A stretch of 64,000 nucleotides of DNA from Eledone cirrhosa (taxonomy: Eukaryota): NCBI GenBank assembly GCA_964016885.1, contig OZ024743.1:355012001-355076000 (forward strand), read 5' to 3'. The notes under the pieces were generated by a model. That model saw nothing but the letters and a program-made list of their open reading frames with translations. It was not told where the DNA came from and ran no database searches. The translations under genes were made by a program, and so were the position numbers. How positions within the stretch are numbered: position 1 is the first letter of the stretch; each line of letters opens with the position of its first letter. Shown here piece after piece: positions 27,062 to 39,606 of the stretch.

Positions 27062-28165
27062 ATGGTGGCTGCCAACTCGTTTTCGAGTACGGCCACTACT
27101 TTATATCCATCTAGGAGAACCCCTACCGATGCGCTAAACAAGTGTGACTTTTTAGTCCAGCCAGCGACTTGAAAACTCTGGTACAAACACTACACCTGTG
27201 ACAATCATTGACACATATTGCTGGGCACATGGCACCATGTGACGACAAGTGCAGAGAGATCTCCAGATATAAAGCAATGCCTGTGCCGTGAAGCTTTTAT
27301 AGTGAGCAAAGGCACTGCACAAAGCCAGTCCCACTCTCTTAACCAAGATGATATTTACCAAAAAGAAGAACAAGTCAAGATCATTGGATATCATCAGGGT
27401 TGCAGGTGTTATATCAGAGTTTTCCTTCTCCTAGAATTCTGCCTTGACAAAGGCTAAGGGGTCATCTCTCCCAGATATATATATATACATACATACATAC
27501 ATACACACATACATACATACATACATACATACATACATACACTCATATATATACATGGTGGCTGCCAACTCGTTTTCGAGTACGGCCAATACTTTATATC
27601 CATCTAGGAGAACCCCTACCGATGCTCTGAACGAATATGACTTTTTAGTCCAGCCAGCGACTTGAAAACTCTGGTACAAACACTACACCTGTGACAATTA
27701 TTGACACATAGTGCTGGGCCCATGGTACCATGTAACGACAAGTGCAGAAAGATCTCCAGATATAAAGCAATGCCTGTGCCGTGAAGCTTTTATAGTGAGC
27801 AAAGGCACTGCACAAAGCCAGTCCCACTCCCTTAACCAAGATGATATTTACCAAAAAGAAGAACAAGTCAACATCATTGGATACCATCAGGGTTGCAGGT
27901 GTTATATCAGAGTTTTCCTTCTCCTAGAATTCTGCCTTGACAAAGGCTAATGGGTCATCTCTCCCGGTGATTTTGGATGGCCATTGACTCTTAAGAGCTC
28001 CTTTGCCCTTTGACAGGTTTTGTTTTTAGTCCTGCAGGATGTCCAAAGTCACCCTCCTCACCAAGAAACCTTGGTGGGGTTGCCAGTTTAGTCGCCAACG
28101 GCCCGACCATGAGACAGGTTGTACTGGGATACATGTTACCAGTAGCACCAACTGGTGACCTGACA
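27062..28165 (-). mobile_element. Two tandem copies (27062-27472 partial, 27555-28165 longer) of a non-autonomous RTE-derived element
   Basis: Share the ctaggagaagg 5'-UTR motif and the ggcc.tactcga.aacgag..ggcagcca.cat 3' end with the RTE at 39252-43654; separated by (ACAT)n; no ORF. Confidence 0.75.
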
Positions 28166-28266
28166 CATACATACATACATACATACATACATACATACAT
28201 ACATACATACATACATACATACATACATACATACATACATACATACATACATACATACATACATAC

Positions 28267-28960
28267 AAGCTGCTTCCAAATTAAAGCACGACCGGCCTGA
28301 TATTGTTGTTTGTGACCACACATTGAAAACATGTTCTGTTGTAGAGATCAGCTGCCCGCTTGATGTCAGCGTTGTAAGAAAAATACAAGAGAAGGAGGAC
28401 ATCGACGGACCATTGATGAGGAGTTTGCAGATCTAGTATCCAAGATACACTTTCAGCTTTATACCCATAATGATTCGAGCTACAGATTATATACCAACCT
28501 GCTTGGGCCAAAGTATAACTGAACTTGGATTTGTTGACAAAGGGTGCGCTCTTTGTCAACAAATCCAAGTTCAGTTATATTTTGGCCCAAGCGGGTTGGT
28601 ATATAACCTGTAGCTCCAAAAATGATGGGTGTGTAGCTAAAGGTGTATCTTGGATATTGGATCTGCAAACTCCTCATCAATGGTCAGTAGATGTCCTCCT
28701 TCTCTTGTATTTTTCTTACAACACTGACATCAAGTGAGCAGCTGATCTCTACAACAGAACACGTTTTCAACGTGTGGTCACAAACAACAATATCATAGAC
28801 TACAAATGGCTGCGATAGCTGGCACCTTCAAAATTTGCAAAACATTCTTGCGATTCAAGAGATGACAATTTCTTGTTTTACAACCTTGCCTCCAGGAAGG
28901 TGGCCGGTCAAAAATGTACTCGAAATTAAGACAAAGAAAAACATACATACATACATACAG
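28267..28960 (+). mobile_element. 3' end of an RLE-type LINE containing an internal fold-back duplication
   Basis: KHDRPDIVV..VEISCPLD..KIQEKED..PI..ATDYIP, inverted copy 28549-28795, then RLQMAAIAGTFKICKTFL*; (ACAT)n on both sides. Confidence 0.8.
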
Positions 28961-29238
28961 ATTGCTTGTTCTCCTATTCATAATATTCTCTCAACATATT
29001 CTCCTCTTTTTGTCCGCAATTGCCATCATTGAATATGGTTGTTTTATATTTAGTTAATATGATCAAATCATAATGCCAGAAATAGAGATAGAGATGGGAG
29101 ATGAGATAGAGAGTCGAATAGAGAAAGAATGTGTGTGTATGTATGTGTATTTATTGAACTCTTGCCATAGGGGCAGGTCATAAAACTCTCCTATTATTAT
29201 ACTACATTGACAATCCCTACAGCCTTGTATTATGTTTA

Positions 29239-29428
<190 letters not shown>

Positions 29429-29445
29429 GTGTGTGTCTGTGTGTA

Positions 29446-29578
<133 letters not shown>

Positions 29579-29579
29579 A

Positions 29580-29611
<32 letters not shown>

Positions 29612-31939
29612 ATGCATACCGAGGTGATAGTATAAACATTTTATCGTTCGGTTTCTCTCATATACTCACTTAATAAGAAATATTCTCACAGTGCTAATAT
29701 AGTGTATACTCATAATGGAGTAGATTTGCACAGATAATTGTCCCGGAACCATGGGTTTCTGCTCATGCAGAATGCATTAGTAGGTGCAATTCGCATTTAT
29801 AGTTAGCAGGAAGTGCAATATTTCTGCCAAAATTCTACAGAGCTTCGTCAGCGGATTTTATTAGAATGCAAGGGAATTAAGGTATCCATATGTCCAGTTC
29901 CGTGTGTAGCTGATTCACCAACAGTAGTCGTCGGCAGCAAGTAGAGACGCAGCATGTATATATATAAATATGTGTGTGTGTTTGTGTGTGTGTGGTTAAG
30001 GATTTCGCTTTGCAAACACATGCTTTCTGGTTTGGGGTTCATGGGAAAATGTCTTCTACTATCGATAGTATCGACTTGACCAATGTCTTGTATGTGAATA
30101 ATTATTAATTAATTATAATTGATTGATTCATTGTTTGCAAGTCCCTCACGTCTTTAGAAACGATTGTAAAGATTAAAGACGGATTTAATTTAACAACGTA
30201 TACATACATGCTGGATACATGGCATCCATTACAACTTGTTATTGGTCTAGTCGTTGTTGACTAAAGCGTGCCTATAATCTGGTTAGCTTGCTAAAGTGGA
30301 TTACTAGAAACAGCTGGCATAGAACAGATGAAGCCAAAATAGAGTAAAAAACAATCAAACAACCATGCGGAGTGACATAGATATCCTCACTTAAAATCCA
30401 ATATATGTCTGATCCAGAATCTAGCAGCTACTGGTTAGTTTAGCCTCTGGCTCTGTAAGAATTCGACATGGAATTAACCTCTGTCGGTATCGATGAAGAG
30501 TGGTCCATTTGTTAGATTGACAAAGAAGCCTGCTCATGAAATTAACTTGTAAGTGGCCGAGTATTCCACAAATAAGTGTGCCCTTAACGCAGCTCTCAGG
30601 AAGATTCAGTGTGGCAGGGTTTGACAACGCTGTCCATTTGAATTATTGATACATTTGATCCGACGGTCTCCCAAACAGTTGCTGTCACCCAGTTTTACTC
30701 TCTAGGCACATGTCAATTCGGGGCTATGGTAAATGATATTAGCCCAAGATGCCATGCAGTTGGACCTACTGATAACTACATAATGATTCCGCTATTCTGC
30801 GTCAACAGAAAATCTACATCATACAAAAGTTAAGACAATATTCACAATAATCCCAATAGTTTGAATGTCTCTTTCCAGTTTGACAATATCTTAGAATATG
30901 TGGTATGATAAGAGCATGTCAACATTTAAGAAAAACCTCTGAGATACTCCATATGAACAAGCATTAAATCCGAAATGCAGCATCAATGGAGGCCAGTTAT
31001 ATATTAAAAATATAAATAAGAGCCGTTATGGTTGCGGTTTAGCTGACTGGTACTAATATTATTGAGGCTAGAAAAGTTATATCCCAACACAACCTTCCTG
31101 TGATTTGAACGTAGATCCTAGAGGGACGTACTTATAAAATAACGAGTTATTTTATCAATCATACTATAGTGCTATTCAAAGCGATTTATGATTTGCACCA
31201 TGTAAGTATGCATAGCCTATTATTGGACTCTGCAGTTCATTGCCTTAACAAGTTGACCACACGTTCAGATAATATATCAGATAATATATCATCACACGTT
31301 CAGATAATATATCACCAAGTATTGAACATAATTTAATATCGTATCATATTTTACGAGGTATGCTTTATTCTATATAAAAATTAAACTTGATTACATTGAC
31401 CATATAATACTGGTCATCATGACGCTACAATACCACAATCATCGCCGAAAATACCACCCCGTCACCACCACCACTATCCTCCACCATCACCATTGCAGCA
31501 TTATTTGCATCCCTCCGATATTTATCTTGTAACACACTAACTCCTCCGTTGTTCAAATCATTATTTAACACCACAACCGCAACCCACTCATACACCTCCC
31601 CTTCTGGAAAATATAATGGGATTCTCTCACTAGCTCATTTCACCAAAATATTACTTATTTTTCTTAATGTTACCCTTCCTTCTCTCTTTCTTTCATTCAG
31701 CTACACACACCTAAACATACACGCATACAGATACAAAGACATACAGAGATGCACACACACCACCACGCTCACTCTCACACACAAACACACACATATATAT
31801 ATGCCGTTTATTTCTTTCTCTTTCTTTATCATTCTTTCTCTTCCCTAACGTTATGTCTGTGTCGATTCAGTAGAGCTTAGTCAGATTTACCTAATAAAAT
31901 TGTAATTATACACACATACAAACAGATACATTCCCCATA

Positions 31940-32005
<66 letters not shown>

Positions 32006-32463
32006 GTACAATCAAATTTTATAACGGCAGAGACATATTGGCACACACATATAAATATATATAATGTATGGACTGTCTACATATATTTATTTATTGTGCG
32101 TCGGATTAAATGGCTTGGTACTTGTTTCTCTTCACCGCGCTTGGAATTCAAATCCTGCCGAAGTCAAACTTACCTTTCATTCCGAGGTCGATAAATAAAG
32201 TACCAGTCTAATACTGGGGTTGATTCTTCTTTTATATCTGTCTAATACTTATACTAGCTCTATCATTCTCTCTGCCTCTCATATACAGACTCTGCCTCTT
32301 TCTATTTTAAGTTGTCTCCTTCCTCGAAACCAATCAACATTTTTCTGGCCTTGACACAAATGGGTTCTGCCAGGTTTAAAATGTTCAAGACAAGCCCTGT
32401 GTCAAGACGGTAAATGTATGTCTTCGTGGGAAGTTAAAGACCTTTTTCCTTCCTTATTTATTA

Positions 32464-33454
32464 CTAGCTGAATTACCTGGCGTTGCCCGGGTTACTGCTG
32501 TTCTTATTCAGATTAGTAAGCAATAAATATGTAGATATGTTTTTTTTCCTCATAATTATTTCAAAATATATCAAGATTGTAATGATAATAGAACTTAGCA
32601 ATGAAAATCTGTCAATCTTGAAGCACCTCAGGGTAAACAATATTCATTATGTAATTTTTTTGTTGGTGACCAAAGAATAAATTGTTGCTGCACACTCACA
32701 CACATACACTCTCACATACATATACTAATGCAGACACACATACATACATACACGCAGAGCTTTTCAGCTCATTTCTTTTGTCAGTCGACACATATGTATA
32801 TCTATGTGTAGATATGTTTGTGAAATTAATTCTTTGTGTGAAGATAATGTGTGTGCAGCTTACTAAGGCTATATTTATGTGTAGATGTGTGTTTAATTCT
32901 CTGAGCCCTAACGTTCATATAAAAATCAGCACACATACACTCACACACTCAAACGCTCACACACGCATACACTCTCATATACACTCATAGACATCAACTC
33001 ACACACATACACTTACATATATATACTAAGACAGACACACACAAACATACATTCACGCACACGTATTACTTGTCAGTCAACACGTATGTATATCTATATT
33101 CTCTGTCTGTGAAGATGATGTGTATGCAACTTTATAAGACTATATGTATGTGTGTTTAATTCTCTAAGGTCTAACGTACGTAAGAAACTCGCAAACACAT
33201 ACACACTCATATACAAAATGTGACGTCATTGTCATGGTAGTGGTGGTATAAAATGTCCTTTACTATAGTTGACTATAGAAAGATTATTTTAGTTAAAATG
33301 TTATAATCTTTTAATAAAAATGAAAAGAAAATTACATGTTGACACTCCCGGGATCTAATACTATTACTTCGTAAAATTTGATTTGATTTGGTCGAGCAGT
33401 TTGAGAATGCATAGGAAACAGACAGTGAGACAAATAATTTTATATATATAGAGA
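32464..33454 (-). mobile_element. Non-autonomous Helitron-like element
   Basis: Minus strand starts A|TC(TC)TATATATATAAAA and ends cccgggcaacgccaggtaattcagCTAG|T (subterminal hairpin + CTAG); the 5' ~120 nt recur on the plus strand at about 45012-45135. Confidence 0.7.
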
Positions 33455-34386
33455 TTATTTTTTTTCTTTCACGCTTCCTGCCTTTCTCTGATTTAAATCC
33501 TCCAATACACTTCCCACGAAAAGCACTCTCCATTTTCCCTTCCCCTTGGACAACATCACTAGGGTAGGTAAGTGTGACTGGCATGCATGAACGACTGCTG
33601 GTATTCCACAAATAACCTTTCACAGACTTGTGTCTGGGTGGGCAACTTTCTACGTGCAAATCCCATGGTCATTCGTGATGGAAGGGTGTCTATACCGCCT
33701 TTTTCCTCTGTGTATATATATATAAGTCTAGTATATAATTTAGCTAATAATTTATTTTGATATTCAATAAGATTTAAGATTTTTACCACTGGCATTTGAA
33801 AACAAATATTAAAATAAAATAAATAAGAAATAAGAAAACAATAATGTAAAAAGAAAACAGTAGACTGCAGTCCCGAACGCAGTGTAATCTGTTACTCTCA
33901 GCTCAATTTGGTAAGGCGATGCATAGTAGTTTCCTTCATTGATTCATGCTTTGTGTCTTAGTTCGCCTAGTTGTTTCCTGTTTATATATAATGATGAAAT
34001 ACAATGAACAATGACATTAGAAATAAGATTTAAATACGATAAAAAAGACAAGACAGGAAAAAGTAAAATTTAAGTGTTGACATTTAGGAATATATAAGAA
34101 TACATAAGTAAAAACAAGAAAAGGCGAAGGGGCAAAGGGATAAATACAAGTTTTGTTAAATAACGCTGAAATAATGAATAATGATTGACGATATAACGAA
34201 AAATAGGAAAAAGAAAATTAATGAAAAAGAAAGGTAAATAGAGAAAAAGAAAGTTGGCAGAGGTTAAAGGTATGAAAGAAAGTAAGTATACACAGACAGA
34301 TATATTAAGTAGATACGTTTGACTAGAAATATAGAAAAATAGGTAGACAGATGTCATATATATATGACATCCGGACGGGCCATATA

Positions 34387-34430
<44 letters not shown>

Positions 34431-34465
34431 TCTGGCCCGGCTACCGTTGGAGTGTTCTACGGCAT

Positions 34466-34519
<54 letters not shown>

Positions 34520-34529
<10 letters not shown>

Positions 34530-35458
34530 AAGGTTTAGCAAATAATGAAAAAGTTTCAAAATAAATTTTAAAAAATTGACTTTACCTACTATAGTTACCT
34601 TTACCGATCGGTTTCGAATCCCAAAAATAAACGGAGACCATACGGCCTTCGTTGCAAAGAAAGATTCTCGTCAGAAGGTTCTTTTCATTCGAAGAATATA
34701 AAATTCTTGAATTTAAATTACGAACTAGCGCTATCAAAACTGTTCCTGGGTTGAGAGTGGATGATGTAGAAACAATCTTTTCAAGAGCCGAAGTAAAGAT
34801 AGAGGCAGAGGGAGGTAGGTCAAATTTATTTTGAAACTTTTTCATTATTTGCTAAACCTTGTTTATATATGTTCTGGCTCGTTAATTTATTAACCTGCCA
34901 TTGAACCACATTGGCATTTGGTTGGACAATACATGCGTCCCTTAGCGCCTTGTGCGTGAAGGAACACATATCCTATTATTACTACTCTCCTCTACTGTTG
35001 AGACAAATTGGGTCGCTCCGACTGCTGCTAGTGATAGTTGCGGCCGGTTTTACCTACCTCCCTCTGCCTCTATCTTTACTTCGGCCCTTGAAAAAATTGT
35101 TTCTACATCATCCACTCTCAACCCAGGAACAGTTTTGATAGCGCTAGTTCGTAATTTAAATTCAAGAATTTTATATTCTTCGAATGAAAAGAACCTTCTG
35201 ACGAGAATCTTTCTTTGCAACGAAGGCCGTATGGTCTCCGTTTATTTTTGGGATTCGAAACCGATCGGTAAAGGTAACTATAGTAGGTAAAGTCAATTTT
35301 TTAAAATTTATTTTGTAGCTTTTTCATTATTTGCTAAACCTTGTTTATATATGTTCTGGCTCGTTAATTTATTAACCTGCCATTGAACCACATTGGCATT
35401 TGGTTGGACAATACATGCGTCCCTTAGCGCCTTGTGCGTGAAGGAACACATATCCTAT

Positions 35459-35462
<4 letters not shown>
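34520..35462 (+). mobile_element. Non-coding 482-nt unit with a direct repeat, an inverted 5' copy and an intact HHR
   Basis: 34822-34980 repeats at 35304-35462; 34520-34820 is the near-identical reverse complement of 35050-35350; flanked by (TA)n. Confidence 0.85.
35193..35275 (+). ncRNA. Type I hammerhead ribozyme (inverted twin at 34597-34679)
   Basis: acctt-CTGACGA-gaatc..gattc-GAAA-ccgatcgg-TA-aaggt; all core bases canonical; palindromic stem III ACCGATCGGT; predicted cut after 35270. Confidence 0.85.
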
Positions 35463-35522
<60 letters not shown>

Positions 35523-35574
35523 CTGATGTACCTAGCTTCGCATGGATAAACAGACGATAAACCGTCTGTGTTGT

Positions 35575-35897
35575 ATAGTATTACTGTTGAAAATATAGTA
35601 CAGTATTATTATTGAAAATATATAGTATAGTATTACTGTTGAAAATGTATAGTATAGTATTACTGTTGAAAATATATAGTATAGTATCACTGTTGAAAAT
35701 ATATAGTATAGTATTACTGTTGAAAATATATAGTATAGTATTACTGTTGAAAATATATAATATAATATTACTGTTGAAAACATATAGTATAGTATTAATG
35801 TTGAACATATATAGGACAGTATTACTGTTGAAAATATATAGTACAGTATAGTATTACTGTTGAATATATATAGTATAGTATTACTGTTGAAAATATG
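35575..35897. repeat. Minisatellite, ~27-bp unit (tatagtattactgttgaaaatatatag), about 12 copies
   Basis: Direct inspection; repeating FSTVILYYI-like peptides in the ORF track. Confidence 0.9.
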
Positions 35898-36255
35898 TAC
35901 ACGAATATATAATTATATATATATATATATAATTAATTAAAAGTTGGTTAGAAGCTAAGTCAATGCAGACAGGCAGCCAGACAGACAGATAGTATAAGTC
36001 TGCGACGTTATAGCTATGTATCTATCTAGAAAGACAGTAAGAAAGAGAGAGGAATGTCGTATTATATGTATTGTATATAATAAAGTACCAGTAATGTACT
36101 GGAATAATTGCTGGTCTTGTGCCGAAAGTAGAAACAATTATACTTCTTTTTTATACAACTGTAAATAACATGTTTATGTATGTATAATATACGTATAAAG
36201 GAATGCTGTAATAAAATGTACAAATTTAACTGTCTCTTATTTATAATATTAAGAC

Positions 36256-36292
<37 letters not shown>

Positions 36293-36481
36293 ACATATAT
36301 ATGAAAGGGAGATGTATTTTAATTATGTCTCATATAAAATAATACAACTGGCTATCCGCAAAATACATATAGTTAGCACCCCAAACGTAAAATTGGGATT
36401 ATACTAAGGTATATCCTAATGTTTGTTGAGTGAGATGGAAGCCAGTCAGAGTACAGCTTAAAGCTTTCTCTGTTAATGTAT

Positions 36482-36570
<89 letters not shown>

Positions 36571-36919
36571 TATATATACATATATACACACCCACAGAGA
36601 ATGGTTTTCGTAATGCAGACAGCCAGACACACAGACAGATATTATAAGGGCGCGACGTTATAGCTATGTATCTATTTAAAAAGACAGACTAAGAAAGAGA
36701 GAGATCGCTAACTGGAAGTGTTGACATTTGAACATTTAAGTGAATATTTAAGTGAATATTTAAATAAACAATAAAATATCTTTAATCTTTTAACTAAATT
36801 TAGTAGACAAAAATCCCTCACTTTCTTACTTGGAAAAAGTTACGTTTATGGTGCTAATTTGGTGCCGTTTGGTCCAGTCGTTTGGCGAAAAGTTTGTTAC
36901 ATACACACGGCTGTCAGCT

Positions 36920-37016
<97 letters not shown>

Positions 37017-37088
37017 TATATTATATATATATATATATATATATAGTGACGAAACAAGTCAATTGTATGAACTCATAATCCTTTATTT

Positions 37089-37144
37089 ACTGCTATATAT
37101 ATTTCGATGATAGCCATTGTATGGCTGTGACCTCATCAGGCAGT
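37089..37144 (-). ncRNA. Minimal type I hammerhead ribozyme
   Basis: actgc-CTGATGA-g..agccat ac(a) atggct..c-GAAA-tatata-TA-gcagt. Confidence 0.7.
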
Positions 37145-37299
37145 TTTTCAGATCTTAGGTATGCCAGCTCTGTGTTTTTGGTGTTGATGGTTTCAGAGCC
37201 TTAGGACATATGAGTTTGTTAGGGATAATTTAATGTTGTCAGCAGGAATAATCTTAATTCACATTGGTCAGTTTGGAGATGGTATTTGACCTCAAAAGG

Positions 37300-37518
37300 T
37301 TATAAGTTAGGTATATAAAGGCCAAACAAACTGAGACGGCTGTTAAGAAGCCATCAACCGCCTAAGCCAAGAAGAGAGGCAAGCTAAACAGGTAAAACAA
37401 AATAAATGAAATATTTACCTGGACCCGTGGAAATGATGGCATAATGCAGTACAGGATTTCTGCGACACTTAAATCAATTATACTGCTTGCTTAAAATAAT
37501 AAGCTTCTTTTGGTATAA

Positions 37519-37569
<51 letters not shown>

Positions 37570-37956
37570 TATGCGTCATTTTGAACGCTGGCGTAGAACA
37601 AAATACCTGTTGACGAAGTGACAGCCTTGTTCGATCTTTAACCTAAAAGCTTATTATTTTAAGCAAGCAGTATAATTGATTTAGGTGTCGCAGAAACCCT
37701 GTACTGCATTATACCATCTTTTCCACGGGTCCGAGTAAATATTTCATTTATTTTGTTTGACCTGTTTAGCTTGCCTCGTCTTTTTGGCTTAGGTCGTTGA
37801 TGGCTTCTTAAGAGACGTCTCAGTTTGTTTGGCCTTTATAACCTATGTTTATTGCTTTGGTCTCTATTTGGTCCATGGAGCGCTTGCCAGCATAAATCGG
37901 ATATTGCGTTTCGCTTGTTTTCGACCCTGGCCGAAATACGAATCTCGCTGAAATTA

Positions 37957-37960
<4 letters not shown>
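37300..37960. repeat. Inverted pair (about 37310-37506 and 37647-37845) around a TA tract
   Basis: aagcttattattttaagcaagcagtataattgatt.. and its reverse complement; the right part is homologous to 23275-23480. Confidence 0.7.
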
Positions 37961-38049
<89 letters not shown>

Positions 38050-38760
38050 AGGATTTGATGCAGGAGGTTGAGACTGTGTCGATGAGTGTGGGGCTGAGAA
38101 TGAATGAGACTAAAACAAAATATCTGGTAGAGAATGTTGACAAGCCAGAGGGGATCACTAATGTAGGAGGGAGGCCGCTAGATTTGGTTGAGGACTTCCT
38201 GTATTTGGTAGCAATGATTTGGAATACGGAAGATGGTGTGGTTGAGAGGGAGAGCAAAGCCTGGGCGGGGTGCTATAGCTTGAGATCAGTGTGGAAGTCG
38301 GACCTTCGTAAAGAGATGAAAATCCGCCTCTTCATTACTATAGTCTGTGCTGCTGTACGAGTCTGAAACTTGGACACTGACCAAGAAACTCACTCAGATG
38401 GTGGATGGGTGCTACACGAGAATGCTGAGGATGGCTCTGAACATTAATCATTATACACTGAGGATGAAAAACACAGAGGTGTATGGTAGCCTCCCAAAAG
38501 TCAGCTCAAAAGTAACACAGAGGAGACTGAGGTTAGCTGGACATGCTCACGGACATTCAGATTTGACATTGCAAACAGTGCTCCTGTGGGAGCCCCTTCA
38601 TGGACCCACTAGAAGATGAAAACCAAGGTTAACGTATGTTGATGCCCTAAGGACAGACACTGGTCTGTTGGAGACGCAGGACATGGCAGCGATAATGAGG
38701 GACAGAGACCGCTGGAGAGAACTAGTCCATGGATCTCGGGAATTTTACCCGCCCTAGAAT
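38050..38760 (+). mobile_element. 3' fragment of an RTE-group LINE
   Basis: VGLRMNETKTK, EDFLYL, LLYESETWTL, MLRMALNI, RRLRLAGH; frameshifted. Confidence 0.8.
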
Positions 38761-38777
38761 ATATATATGTATATATG

Positions 38778-38813
<36 letters not shown>

Positions 38814-38832
38814 TGTATATATATGTATATGT

Positions 38833-38929
<97 letters not shown>

Positions 38930-38954
38930 CATAGGTATGAACATATATATATAA

Positions 38955-39074
<120 letters not shown>

Positions 39075-39251
39075 TGATGATTCCCTTCGAATGAAACAGT
39101 TCTAGCCCCGGAGAAGCCATTTTTATATTAAATATTTATACTCTGCTATGTATTGAGCTCGTTACTTACTGTGATTATCCACGATTGAACTCGGGATACA
39201 CACACACTCACACACACACACACACACACACATATATGTATATATATATAT

Positions 39252-39336
39252 ATGATGATGGCTGCCCCCTCGTTATCGAGTATGGCCATTGCACAATAAA
39301 AAAAAAAAAATAAAAAAAAATAAAAAAAAAAAAAAA

Positions 39337-39380
<44 letters not shown>

Positions 39381-39560
39381 TTTAAAAAAAAAAAAGGGAA
39401 AAGATATATATATATATATATATACACATATATATATACATATATATATATATACACATATATATACACACACACATACATACATATACATACATACATA
39501 TATACACACACACATACATACACATACACTCACACATATATACACACATACATTAATAAC

Positions 39561-39606
<46 letters not shown>

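Noticed and set aside
29640-31550. Possible host exons in less repetitive sequence
   Set aside because: Only short ORFs with no recognisable domain, mixed with SINE debris; small exons cannot be excluded without transcript data
35575-35897. Regular 27-bp repeats resembling a CRISPR array
   Set aside because: Head-to-tail with no unique spacers, in eukaryotic context; a minisatellite
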